Below, in pieces: positions 38,101-49,460 of a stretch of DNA of 64,000 bases. The notes beneath the pieces were generated by a model that searched no databases, was not told where the DNA came from, and saw nothing but the letters and a program-made list of their open reading frames with translations. Positions within the stretch are counted from its first letter, which is position 1. The number at the start of each line of letters is the position of its first letter. Made by a program: the position numbers and the translations under genes. The stretch is from Macrostomum lignano (taxonomy: Eukaryota), in NCBI GenBank assembly GCA_002269645.1, contig NIVC01002520.1:101321-165320 (forward strand). The letters are read 5' to 3'.

Positions 38101-41100
38101 GCTCCTGCCAGCTGTCGCTGCCGCCCCCGCCTCCGCTGCCGCCTCATCATCAGCCTCAGCCTCAGCAGCAGCAGTTGGGGCAGCGCGTTGCCAAGGATAG
38201 GAGTAGCTTTGCTCAGGGATCGGTAAGCCCGGAATGGAGGACAAGGCTAATGAGTTTATGAATGTGTTTCTCTATGAGTGTTTGGATGCTTGTTTATCCG
38301 TGTGTATTTGGATTTGTTTTGTGAGTATTTGGACTAGCAATGGGGGATATCTGGAAAGAATCTCTGTTCTCTACAAGTAACAAAAAACACCATAATAAAG
38401 CCTTCACAAAGACAACAGACATTCCATCTAAAAAGAAATCATCCCAAGACAGCAAGCATCCCCCAGAGAGCAAGCATCCCCAGACAGCATGCAAGCATCC
38501 CCCAAATAGCAAGCATCCCCAGACAGCATGCAAGCATCCCCCAAATAGCAAGCATCCCCAGACAGCATGCAAGCATCCCTTAGATAGCAAGCATCCCCCA
38601 GATAGCAAGCATCCCCCAGATAGCAAGCATCCCCCAGATAGCAAGCATCCCCCAGATAGCAAGCATCCCCCAGATAGCAAGCATCCCCCAGATAGCAAGC
38701 ATCCCCAGACAGCATGCAAGCATCCCCCAAATAGCAAGCATCCCACAGATAGCAAGCATCCCCCAGATAGCAAGCATCCCCCCAGATAGCAAGCATCCCC
38801 CCAGATAGCAAGCATCCCCCAGATAGCAAGCATCCCCCAGATAGCAAGCATCCCACAGATAGCAAGCATCCCCCAGATAGCAAGCATCTCCCAGATAGCA
38901 AGCATCCTTCAGATAGCAAGCATCCCCCCAGATAGCAAGCATCCCCCAGATAGCAAGCATCCCCCAGATAGCAAGCATCCCCCAGATAGCAAGCATCCCC
39001 CCAGATAGCTAGCATCCCCCAGATAGCAAGCATCCCCCAGATAGCAAGCATCCCCCAGATAGCAAGCATCCCCCAGATAGCAGGCATCCCCCAGATAGCA
39101 AGCATCCCCCAGATGGCAAGCATCCCCCAGATAGCAAGCATCCCCCAGATAGCAAGCATCCCCCAGATAGGAAGCATCCCCCCAGATAGCAGGCATCCCC
39201 CAGATAGCAAGCATCCCACAGATAGCAAGCATCCCCCAGATAGCAAGCATCCCACAGATAGCAAGCATCCCACAGATAGCAAGCATCCCACAGATAGCAA
39301 GCATCCCCCAGATAGCAAGCATCCCACAGATAGCAAGCATCCCCCAGATAGCAAGCATCCCCCAGATAGCAAGCATCCCCCAGATAGCAAGCATCCCCCA
39401 GATAGCAAGCATCCCCCAGATAGCAAGCATCCCACAGATAGCAAGCATCCCCCAGATAGCAAGCATCCCCCAGATAGCAAGCATCCCCCAGATAGCAAGC
39501 ATCCCCCAGATAGCAAGCATCCCACAGATAGCAAGCATCCCCCAGATAGCAAGCAACCCCAGATAGCAAGCATCAAGTATTTAGATGTGTGTTTATAAGT
39601 ATTTGGATGTGTGTTTATAAGTATTTGGATGTGTGTTTAGCTATGATTATTTGGATCCGTTTATCTCTGAGATGTGTAGTGTGTTCATCGGGCTTCAAGA
39701 GCAGCGTTTTCGTGTGCGTAAGTATTCAATATGTTAATCTGGGAAATTATAAACATGTGTTTACTGATGTGTTTAGTTATATGTGTTTAGTCACGTAACT
39801 CTTGCTATTCTGTGACGCTTTCCTAGAAATGTACTTCCCATATTTATCTTTGCTATCGCACCTTCAGCACTTTATTTACAAAAAATTAATATATTTTCTA
39901 CTAGTTTTTTCTGTTGGAGCTAGCTGCACCCTCAACCCAATCATTACTCAGGAGAAGTCGGACAAGGACGCCACCCCGAACGCCACCCCGACTCAGAACC
40001 GGAAGAACAAGCGCCGCTCAAATCTGTTCAACCGGAAGGACTCGTCAAATCCACCCGAGGAGCAGCAGCAGCAGCAGCAGCAGATCCCAGCTACTATGCA
40101 GCAGCAGCAGCAACAGCAGGGTAAATTCTTCCCATTGTCGTCATCCTCAAACGCCGGCAACCGAGTCGGCCCTCCGCTGGGCTCCGGCCGGGCGATCCCC
40201 GTTAAGCAAGGCAGCCTGTACAAGAAGGCGGTCAACGCTCTCAACAGGGAATGGAAGAAAAAATACGTCACCCTGAGCGAGGACGGCAAGCTCACTTATC
40301 ATCCCAACCTGCACGACTACATGGAGAACAGTCACGGCAAAGATATCGACCTCAGTCGGACCACTGTGAAGATTCCCGGCCAGCTGCGGCCGACATCTAA
40401 CGGCCTGCTCAAGTCGCAGCAGCAGCAGCAGCAGCAGCCGGAGGACGGCAGTAAGAAGCGCCGGCATCGACGAGCAAAGTCCGGCAATCGGGGAGGCGGC
40501 GGCGGAGGCGCTGATCAGGATGTCGAAGAGTCTGACGGCTACGAGTTCATGATTGTGTCGCTTGAGAATCGAACTTGGCACTTTGAGGCTGCCAGTCAAG
40601 AGGAGCGGGATGAATGGGTGAGTCTGTCTGGGAATTCCTGTTGGCTGGTGTCATTGTTTCTAGTGATTTCTCATCGATTTCTCATAACCTATCCTTACGA
40701 TTTCTCATATCTCATAGTCTACCTTACGATTTCTCACAGTCTGTCCCATGATATCTCACAGTCTATCGCATGATATCTCACAGTCTATCCCATGATATCT
40801 CACAATCTATCCCATGAGATATCACAGTCTATCCCATGAGATAACACAATCTATTCCATGAGATATCACAGTCTATCCCATGAGATATCACAGTCCATCC
40901 CATGAGATATCACAATCTATCCCATGAGATATCACAGTCTATCCCATGAGATAACACAATCTATTCCATGAGATATCACAGTCTATCGCGTGATATCTCA
41001 CAGTCTATCCCATGATATCTCACAATCTATCCCATGAGATATCACAGTCTATCCCATGAGATAACACAATCTATTCCATGAGATATCACAGTCTATCCCA

Positions 41101-41813
41101 TGAGATATCACAGTCTATCCCATGAGATATCAGTCTATCTCATGAGATATCACAGTCCATCCCATGAGATATCACAGTCTATCCCATGAGATATCACAGT
41201 CTATCCCATGAGATATCACAGTCTATCCCATGCTGTCGCGGCTTCGCTCCCCCAGGTCCGCGCCATCGAGCACTCCATTCTGCGCAGCCTGCAAGGCCCG
41301 TCAGCCTACGGCAACTACGGCACCAGCGGCGGCTCGTCGAACTGCCTCGCCGGCGGCGGCGGCAGCGGCGGCGGCAACTCCGGCAGCGGCTCAATCCGTG
41401 GCGTGTTCGGCAACACGGAGTGCGCGGACTGCGGCCGGCCAGGCCCGGACTGGGCCAGCCTGAACCTGGGCGCGCTGGTGTGCATCGAGTGCAGCGGGGT
41501 GCACCGCCAGCTGGGCACGCATCTCAGCCGCATCCGGTCGCTCACGCTGGACGATTGGCCGGCAAATCACCTGCTGGTGATGCGGGCCATTGGCAACAAG
41601 CTGGCAAACTCTGTGTGGGAGGCCCGCCTGCCCTGTCACGCCACGTTTCGCAAGCCCAGCCCAGAGTCGGATCGGGAGGCCAAGGAGATTTTCATCCGGG
41701 CCAAGTACGAGCGCCGGGAGTTCCTGCCGGATCTGCCGTTCAGGGACAGCCCCGTGCAGCAGCAGCTGGTGGATGCTATAGCCAGATCTGACACCAGACA
41801 GGTGCGATTCTTT

Positions 41814-41848
<35 letters not shown>

Positions 41849-41875
41849 TAGTGTCTGTCTTAGTGTCTGTGTATG

Positions 41876-41936
<61 letters not shown>

Positions 41937-42015
41937 TAGTGTCTGTGTGTGTGTCTGTCTGTCTGTCTGTCTCACTGTCTGTCTTAGTGTCTGTCTTAGT
42001 GTCTGTCTGTCTGTG

Positions 42016-42064
<49 letters not shown>

Positions 42065-42065
42065 A

Positions 42066-42100
<35 letters not shown>

Positions 42101-42109
42101 TAGTGTCTC

Positions 42110-42152
<43 letters not shown>

Positions 42153-42215
42153 TAGTGTCTGTCTGTCTTAGTGTCTGTCTGTCTTAGTGTCTGTCTTAGT
42201 GTCTGTCTGTCTTAG

Positions 42216-42282
<67 letters not shown>

Positions 42283-42309
42283 GTGTCTGTCTGTGTGTCT
42301 GTCTGTCTC

Positions 42310-42364
<55 letters not shown>

Positions 42365-42387
42365 ATCTGTCTGTCTGTCTGTCTTAG

Positions 42388-42420
<33 letters not shown>

Positions 42421-42429
42421 TAGTGTCTC

Positions 42430-42474
<45 letters not shown>

Positions 42475-42491
42475 GTGTCTGTCTGTCTGTG

Positions 42492-42544
<53 letters not shown>

Positions 42545-43068
42545 GCCTGTCTGCCTGTCTATCTATCTATCTGTCTATCCACACCTCCCCCCAACCGCAG
42601 GTGATTCTGTGCCTTGCGGTGGCCGGTCCCGCAGTGAACGAGCCCTACTCCAAGCAGGATCCCCGGGCGGCGATCCACATTGCGGCCACCCTGGGCCAGC
42701 TGGTCTATCTGCAGCTGCTGCTCTGGCACGGCGCCGATGTTGCAATTCGCGACGCCGAAGGTCGCAACGCGCATTTCTACGCCACTGCGGCTGGCAAGCC
42801 CGACTGTGCCGAATTCCTGCGCGCCGCCGGCTGCCCAGCTGGCGTGCTGCCGGCATCCGCCTCCGCCGCGGCCGCCTCCGCGGCCAGTAGCAGCAGCCCG
42901 ATCAGCAACCCCAGCGCCACCGCCTCGGTGGCTTCAGCTTCGGCCGCGGCGGCAGCTTCTACTCTGCCTCGGCGTCGGTCGAAAACTACTCCAACTACGG
43001 CTACTCAGCCGTCGACAGCGTCGTCTGGCAATGCGCCGACTCAGAGCACAGCTGAGATCGGGCTGTGA
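22576..43068 (+). CDS. AGAP1: AGAP / centaurin-gamma (GTPase-like, PH, ArfGAP and ankyrin domains)
   Basis: Phase-compatible GT-AG exons: 22576-22741, 28898-28956, 29064-29151, 30827-31054, 31712-31846, 32635-32777, 33997-34146, 34922-35068, 36164-36331, (36549-36854 optional), 38007-38222, 39952-40617, 41256-41801 and 42601-43068. Motifs [98 protein letters not shown] and ankyrin [17 protein letters not shown]. The symbol denotes the AGAP1/3-like family, not one-to-one orthology. Confidence 0.95.
25314..28325 (-). mobile_element. Non-autonomous Helitron, copy 3, in AGAP intron 1
   Basis: Same termini, inserted A|TC...CTTG|T on minus; contains a (CT)n tract at ~26030-26108. Confidence 0.8.
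29234..29765. repeat. 31-bp minisatellite (TCAATCTATCCACTTCTGTGTGCATTCTCTA), AGAP intron 3
   Basis: About 17 tandem copies. Confidence 0.95.
30379..30790. repeat. 31-32-bp minisatellite (AAAAGTTCACTCCAGGATTTCTCAATTCTCA), AGAP intron 3
   Basis: About 13 copies ending just before the acceptor at 30826. Confidence 0.95.
31066..31612. repeat. ~39-bp minisatellite (GGGATGGCTAGCGGCGGCTCATCAAAGGATTTTGGGAAA), AGAP intron 4
   Basis: About 13 copies starting 11 nt after the donor. Confidence 0.95.
32085..32187 (+). promoter_or_regulatory. Putative internal Pol II promoter in AGAP intron 5
   Basis: CCAAT at 32085, GC-box-like AGGCGGAG at 32096 and TATATAA at 32181, followed by ATGs at 32223 and 32235 (CAAGATGG). 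Confidence 0.45.
32223..32777 (+). CDS. Putative alternative first coding exon of AGAP (extends exon 6 upstream)
   Basis: Stop-free for ~410 nt of intron and in frame with exon 32635-32777 ([10 protein letters not shown]). Confidence 0.45.
32863..33702. repeat. 20-bp minisatellite (GGTCACATTGGTCTAGCTGG), AGAP intron 6
   Basis: About 40 copies. Confidence 0.95.
34262..34858. repeat. 20-bp minisatellite (GATAGCCTCAGGCCCTTCAT) with 100-bp higher-order repeat, AGAP intron 7
   Basis: The variant GACTCTTCAG recurs at 34321, 34421 and 34521. Confidence 0.95.
35309..36078. repeat. 16/21-bp minisatellite (GGTAGCTGAGTGAGTT[GGGTT]), AGAP intron 8
   Basis: Directly visible; degenerates over the last ~100 bp. 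Confidence 0.95.
36549..36863 (+). CDS. Putative cassette or alternative terminal exon of AGAP
   Basis: Phase-0 acceptor TTTTCAAG|CTG. Encodes [20 protein letters not shown] and [13 protein letters not shown] weak phase-0 donor AAG|GTTTAT at 36855, otherwise a stop at 36861-36863. Confidence 0.55.
   Translation: MSLSLSASVPALADRYTAQRSLPHGASLDYYNPADEDDDEHPYELYDHLTAGLAKRPPPPVPPRPPPPQLRQLGLQPQPKQQPKKRSPLMRYLRGSLWTSSKVY
38449..39572. repeat. 18-19-bp minisatellite (CCCCCAGATAGCAAGCAT), AGAP intron before the PH exon
   Basis: About 60 copies with a variable C tract. Confidence 0.95.
40741..41232. repeat. 22-bp minisatellite (CATGAGATATCACAGTCTATCC), intron between the PH and ArfGAP exons
   Basis: About 22 copies in two variants related by an internal inversion. 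Confidence 0.95.
41817..42577 (+). repeat. (CTGT)n microsatellite ending in (CTAT)n, filling the last AGAP intron
   Basis: Between the donor at 41802 and the acceptor at 42600. Confidence 0.95.
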
Positions 43069-43165
43069 TTGACAGGTCGTTAACAGGCGTTTTCCCTTCG
43101 ATGCTTCTTAAATTTGCTTCCTCTGATGCCTGGGCGATGTCTAACGCTTGTTATGCTGGCAGTGT

Positions 43166-43376
43166 GTTGTACAACACAGGTGTTAGATACACTGTCAGAC
43201 ATACTATGTTAGATACTTTGCGTTATGCAATAAGGTGTTAGACACTCTGTGTTAGATACACTGTGTTAGACACACTGTTAGACACATTGTTAGACACACT
43301 GTCTTGGACACACTGTGTTAGACATTTTGTTAGATACTCTGCGTTATGCAATCAGGTGTTAGACACACTGTTAGAT
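43166..43376. repeat. Degenerate GTGTTAGACACACT repeat in the AGAP 3' region
   Basis: About 10 imperfect copies; AATAAA at 43720 is a candidate poly(A) signal. Confidence 0.7.
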
Positions 43377-45618
43377 ATATTGTGTATTAGTGTCCGCCAT
43401 CTCAGCTTCACACTTCGCCTCATCACTCTGCCGCTAGTCTCCCCACCGCCACGCTGTTTGTTACTCCCTCGCTTTAGCTTGTTATATTTATATATATATA
43501 TTAACTATTATGTTGTAGTTGTTATTCAATTAACTTCTAATTATTACTTTTGCACCTGCCGCTTGTCATACTTCACCAGCCCGCTAAACTCGTTGAGCTC
43601 AATTAACAGTCATTTTTTCTGTAGATTTTCTATCTATTTCGATTTATTTATAATGTATTGACATAACCGTGTGCCGATATGAATGATCAAATTCGATTCA
43701 ATAACCCACCCTAGCAACAAATAAATGCATTGTTGTTATTGTTGTTACTATACTTGTTGTTGATTTTTTTACCGTTTCACAAGCAAAATAATATGCTGAT
43801 TTACTACTACTAATATGTGTCAATAGTAGTATCTGCAATAAGGCATGATTTTTTCTACGCAAAACAAATAATTGTCACCCGCATGGCATCTAGTCAGTGC
43901 TTGGCCAGCGTTGGATGCAATCAGGCAATGTCCTCATCGGATTTTATCTGCTCGGTATTTTACTTGTATATAATAATTGTTTTCATTTTTTAAATTAATT
44001 GCAATTTTCTTCACCGCTCAGTGTGTCGCCGCGTTTTATTGGAAATTTAATATGTTTGTTATTACCTGCATATGGAGTTTCTGGCCTGCATGCGTGAGGC
44101 AGTGTGCAGTTGCTGTTTGTTAGATTCATATAACCCGCGTGAACAACTTCTTCAACTCGTTGCTTTGTTATTATGATTGAATCGTTTGTGCAAATTCGCT
44201 CGTGTAAAATGGTTGCAATATACAATAAATTTCTATTCATATTATTATAAGTAGTATGGACTACTATTATTTGTATCGATATTTGCTTGCGTTGGCTCAG
44301 CACAAGGAAAAATGGCACAGCTAAAATTAAAGTATTTTCTGTTAATTTATTTTATTGCTATTGCAAATTTCGATGGCCTGATGCATCAGCTACTACTTAG
44401 TTCAATAAATAAGTTTGATCAGCTGATTCTCACTTATTCGGCACTGTGAAACCTACTAATACTGTGAAAAAAGGAAGGTATATTAATAACCATTAACCAC
44501 TTCAGTACAGTAAAGCTTCGCAATACCTAGATACATGCATTCTTTCATTCTTTTTCTTAAGGCAATTAAATGACCTGTTAAGTTATTATCGATACATGTC
44601 GGCTATCAACAAAATTTATTTTTGTATTTTACGCGTTGTATACTGCCTCTTGTGAACCACTAAGTTTAAAAGCTTGTTAGCTGTTATTTATTATTCCTTA
44701 TTGATAGGAAAGATTTGAGATTTATGATTTATATGATTTGCATCTACATGTAAGAATCTACATGCATGGTAATAATATGGTCAAAAAGAGTAGGATAGCG
44801 CCAGCGGGTGTATTGAGTTCGATTGGAACAGAAGGACAGTCTGGTAATCGGTTTAAGTTGCGAAGTAACCGCCAGGCATTTGCCTACCCCAGCCTTTCTT
44901 ACTGCTCAGTACCTATTTAAGCTTAGCTCAAATGCATGATGAAACTTAACATTTTTTATCTTAGCTTTTTCTTTGCCTGTCCGTGATAGCCTACTGTAAG
45001 TACGACACAATGGAAAATGATTTTTTTTATTTACATAGCTTTAAATCTTTTTTTAGTAGGCTTTTAATTCTCGGTGTCCCAAATTCAAATGCCATTGTCT
45101 ATAGCCCTCGGGATTTATACACCATAGCTGCCTCTATCAGCGTTCAAAACGCTGATATGCTATTACAAACTTATCAAGATATTTAATGTTAGACCCACCC
45201 ATTTGCCTGCACTAAAACTGCAGCCACGCAGACCATGCGTGCCCTCTCTGTGTTAATTCATCTAACTAGCTAACTATGCAAATAAGATGGGTCGGGCGGA
45301 AAAATATCAAGCCACCACCCCAACACTGCCCCCGAGCACAATGCCGAGGGTTATAAATACAATGCAATTGGAAGAGCCGAGGCTCTCCACTGCCGAGTTG
45401 AGTAAAGTTTGAGTTCAAACCTAAGAAAGGACAATTGTCTCAGTTCTTCGAAGTTTCTGTCTGTCGTGGCAGAGGGGTAGCAGGCGTGTAGGTAGTTGGC
45501 GTGAGAGGCCTTCAGAGACTACCGATAAATGACCTGTTACGGCCTCAAAAGGAATTTTTCATCTCATGTAAAACATAAACATAATATTTTACGGGATATT
45601 ATTGAATATATTTACGAC

Positions 45619-46146
45619 TTAATGCCCCTGGTGCTTAATGCCCCTGGTGCTTAATGTCCCTGGTGCTTAATGCCCCTGGTGCTTAATGCCCCTGGTGCTT
45701 AATGCCCCTGGTGCTTAATGTCCCTGGTGCTTAATGCCCCTGGTGCTTAATGCCCCTGGTGCTTAATGCCCCTGGTGCTTAATGCCCCTGGTGCTTAATG
45801 CCCCTGGTGCTTAATGCCCCTGGTGATTAATGCCCCTGGTGCTTAATGTCCCTGGTGCTTAATGCCCCTGGTGCTTAATGCCCCTGGTGCTTAATGCCCC
45901 TGGTGCTTAATGCCCCTGGTGCTTAATGCCCCTGGTGCTTAATGCCCCTGGTGCTTAATGCCCCTGGTGCTTAATGCCCCTGGTGCTTAATGCCCCTGGT
46001 GCTTAATGCCCCTGGTGCTTAATGCCCCTGGTGCTTAATGCCCCTGGTGCTTAATGCCCCTGGTGCTTAATGCCCCTGGTGCTTAATGCCCCTGGTGCTT
46101 AATGCCCCTGGTGCTTAATGCCCCTGGTGCTTAATGCCCCTGGTTC
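45619..46146. repeat. 16-bp minisatellite (CTTAATGCCCCTGGTG), copy A
   Basis: About 33 near-perfect copies, followed by a MITE-like end CCCCCCCAACAAAAATCCTGGCTACGCCC. Confidence 0.97.
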
Positions 46147-47735
46147 TGGCGCCTCCTAAAGACCCCCCCCCAACAAAAATCCTGGCTACGCCCAAGAACG
46201 CTTCACTATATGGGAGGTGTTTAGACCGAATTCTGACCGAAACTCAATTTGAATTTGGCACTCAGCCTCTGTAATTCCTACATTTATGCAAAAGTACATT
46301 TCTTCGCCAAAAATGGTCTATAACTATACACACGTCCCAACCATTTCCAGTGTAGTAGGTTAAATTCTATAGAAATGCTGTCAGCAATTGTCACATGCAT
46401 TAATTCAGCTTCTTTAATTCGAAACTGCAATGCTTCCTCGCTTTAGGCTATGACTTGACCTGAAAGGAGTGGCAGCGCATGCATTAATAGTGGTCCAAGC
46501 CATTGCTTCAATGAGCTCAATACCGATCCGATCGATCGCTCACTATTGGAATCCCCTGAGCCACCACCCCCCGTTTCCAGCCACCTTTGACTCCAACACA
46601 ACTACTAGAGGCGTGCTGGTAAGTTGAACGACGCTGGTGTGCAGGACTTTGCACGCAGCTCAGTTGTAAGCCATGAAAAGCCAAGCTACTCAGCAGAGTG
46701 GGCAAATGCAAACCAGCCCCAGCCCACTGCCTGGCTGGGTGTAGCGATGTCCGGCAGCTCAAAGCACCTGCTCTGAGCTGAGAGAGTGAGGAAGCTAGCT
46801 ATTCCCAAGTCTTTAAAGGTTTGAAATGGAATCAGCCTGTTTGCCGAGAAGTCCAAGTCCGACAAAATTTCGTATTCGTCTGCGTTGGCCGAGAAATTTC
46901 GACATGACAATCACTTGAGCTCTGTTTGGAATTTTTGTCTGCCTGTGCCTGGCTGCGGATTGCTTGTTTTATCATAGAAACGCGTGCCGTTTTAACTATA
47001 TGAATAATGCATAGAACCATAACCAAACCATGCATATAACAATTTTAACCATAGAAATTCTGTTTAACAATATGAATTTCAGAAAACAAGAATACTGAGA
47101 TGACCGACGGTGGCGACTGCTAAGGGTCTTCGACTTCGAAGTGTCGGTTGAACTACTAAAATTGAGTTACTTTAACACGGTGTTGGGATATGACATTTTG
47201 CGCAAATTATTAATAACTTAAAACCATGAAATTGAGGCTCAAAATTCTGCTCAGAATTTTGCTCAAAGCTCTGCTCAGAAGAACAGAAATTGATGACGGA
47301 ATTTAATGGCGAGTTGAAGTAAAATCAAAATTATAAAAGATCACTGCAAATTAAGCAGTTTTACGATAAATTCTTACTTTAAATTTGTTATAAGAATACT
47401 CCCTAACAGTGAGGTGGCGGTAACTAATATCTGGTTGATAGGGAAGTAACCATATAGCTTTTGATTGAAATTAAATAAAACTGTTGCTCTCCTGGCTAAT
47501 GCCACTAATAACACGAACGTTGCTGCTAGACCTATCTTTATTTCATTTTATCGATGGTATGCGAGGGCGCTCGCTACCAATGCATAACTGAAGTGGAAGG
47601 CCGGCAAGGAACTGCAGAATGGGGTTCTACGCTCGTATCATTAGAGAAAAACCTCTCAAGAGCTCTTTTCTGCTCTGCCTAACCAAATGGCTATTGGCCT
47701 CAAGCAACCTCTAAAGAGCCGCAGCAGCAAAAATG

Positions 47736-48147
47736 CAAGACAAAGTGGCTGAGCTAGAATAAGCCAGGGACTAACCAAGAGACGGGGGCTGAGCTAGACT
47801 AAGCCAGGGACTAACCAAGAGACAAAGTGGCTGAGCTAGACTAAGCCAAAGACTAACCAAGAGACAAAGTGGCTGAGCTAGAATAAGCCAGGGACTAACC
47901 AAGAGACAAAGTGGCTGAGCTAGGATAAGCCAGGGACTAACCAAGAGACGGGGGCTGAGCTAGACTAAGCCAGGGACTAACCAAGAGACAAAGTGGCTGA
48001 GCTAGACTAAGCCATGGACTAACCAAGAGACAAAGTGGCTGAGCTAGACTAAGCCATGGACTAACCAAGAGACAAAGTGGCTGAGCTAGACTAAGCCAGG
48101 GACTAACCAAGAGACAAAGTGGCTGAGCTAGACAAAGCCAGGGACTA
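47736..48147. repeat. 42-bp minisatellite (GACTAACCAAGAGACAAAGTGGCTGAGCTAGACTAAGCCAGG), copy A
   Basis: About 10 copies; paralogous array at ~59872-60258. Confidence 0.95.
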
Positions 48148-48524
48148 ATTAAGTCAAGCAATCATTACATCACGATCACTGCGTACTTAGAATCTTTGAA
48201 AGAGCGACCTTAAGACTAATTTTTAGTGCTTGGATATGAGCAAAAGAGGGAAGAGCTCAAGGGTATGATTGACCATAAACTATGGATTGTGTTGATTAAA
48301 AGCTCACTTACGGGACTGCTTTCTTAGACTTTATCAGGGCGCACTGAAAGAGAGAGATGGCTTTGATTGACAGGACAATCTTCCATTTCCTGTTTGGACG
48401 GAGTCAACGACAACGAATTGGAAGTTCATTTTCAGATTTTCAGATTTTCAGACGGCGGATAGAAAAAACTTTATCGACTTCTACGTGAATCTGTAGTCGA
48501 GGTCTGAGGGTCAGAAGCACCGGA

Positions 48525-48912
48525 CCCTGTCTTTTGGTTGGGCGCCCCTGTCTCTTGGTGGGCGCCCCTGTCTCTTGGTGGGCGCCCCTGGCTCTTGGAG
48601 GGCGCCCCTGTCTTTTGGTTGGGCGCCCCTGTCGCTCCGTGGGCGCCCCTGTCTCTTTGTTGGGCGCCCCTGCCTCTTGGTTGGGCGCCCCTGTCTCTTG
48701 GTGGGCGCCCCTGTCTCTCCGTGGGCGCCCCTGTCTCTTGGTGGGAGACCCTGTCTCTTGGTTGGGCGCCCCTGTCTTTTGGTTGGGCGCCCCTGTCTCT
48801 CCGTGGGCGCCCCTGTCTCTCCGTGGGTGCCCCTATCTCTCCGTGGGCTCCACTGTCTCTCCGTGGGCGCCCCTATCTCTCCGTGGGCGCCCCTGTCTCT
48901 CGGTGGGCGTTC
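48525..48912. repeat. ~20-21-bp minisatellite (GGGCGCCCCTGTCTCTTGGT), copy A
   Basis: About 19 copies; paralogous array at ~60638-61000. Confidence 0.95.
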
Positions 48913-49140
48913 CTCTCTCTTAGGCCGCGGTGTATGCTAAGCCAGGAACGATTGGGGGGGGGGTGGCCCCCAAGCCCCCCTCTGCTTATACCAAATGACC
49001 AAACCTAATGGTAAGACATAGACAGTGCTTAGGAAAGTTTTAGATGACACTATACATACTGTCTGTGGCAAAACCCCATTAGCAGCATTTGGTTCAATAA
49101 TTTCGGCTGTTGATTCCAGAACTAATAAGCTGTATGCACA

Positions 49141-49190
49141 GGGACTGTAGCCTGGTGGTTAGAGCGTCTGACTCCAAATGAAAGTCAGTT
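49141..49190 (+). pseudogene. tRNA-derived fragment (tRNA-Trp-like, possible SINE head)
   Basis: TAGCCTGGTGGTTAGAGCGTCTGACTCCAAA: A-box/D-arm plus a CCA anticodon loop resembling tRNA-Trp GCGTCTGACTCCA. No T-arm or acceptor stem. Second copy at 61222-61271. Confidence 0.35.
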
Positions 49191-49460
49191 CAACAATAAG
49201 GGAACAACAATAAGTTCAAAAATAGATCAGTCTTATTGTTGGAGCTCCGCAGAGGAGGAAAATATTGTCTCCGTTCTGATACTATCCTTAACCAGCCTTC
49301 GCTCTTAGCTTCAACGCCCTAATCGGGGGACTGGCCCACCAGTGAAGCCTTTAAAAGGGACTAAATATAGGGGAACGCAAGTCTATAATCAATAGAGCCA
49401 CAGAGAGTCGGCTATGTGTTTAATCTTGCGTTCAATTCACTCTTTTGCCAAGCTATGCTT

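Noticed and set aside
38294-39598. GCLLSG / DSKHPP / GMLAIW repeat ORFs
   Set aside because: All frames of an 18-bp intronic minisatellite lying between valid AGAP splice sites.
45280-45430. Octamer, GC-box and TATAAATA cluster as a promoter
   Set aside because: No downstream exon or RNA gene could be linked to it, and such motifs arise by chance.
49141-49215. Intact tRNA-Trp gene
   Set aside because: No recognisable T-arm/B-box or acceptor-stem pairing; kept only as a tRNA-derived fragment.
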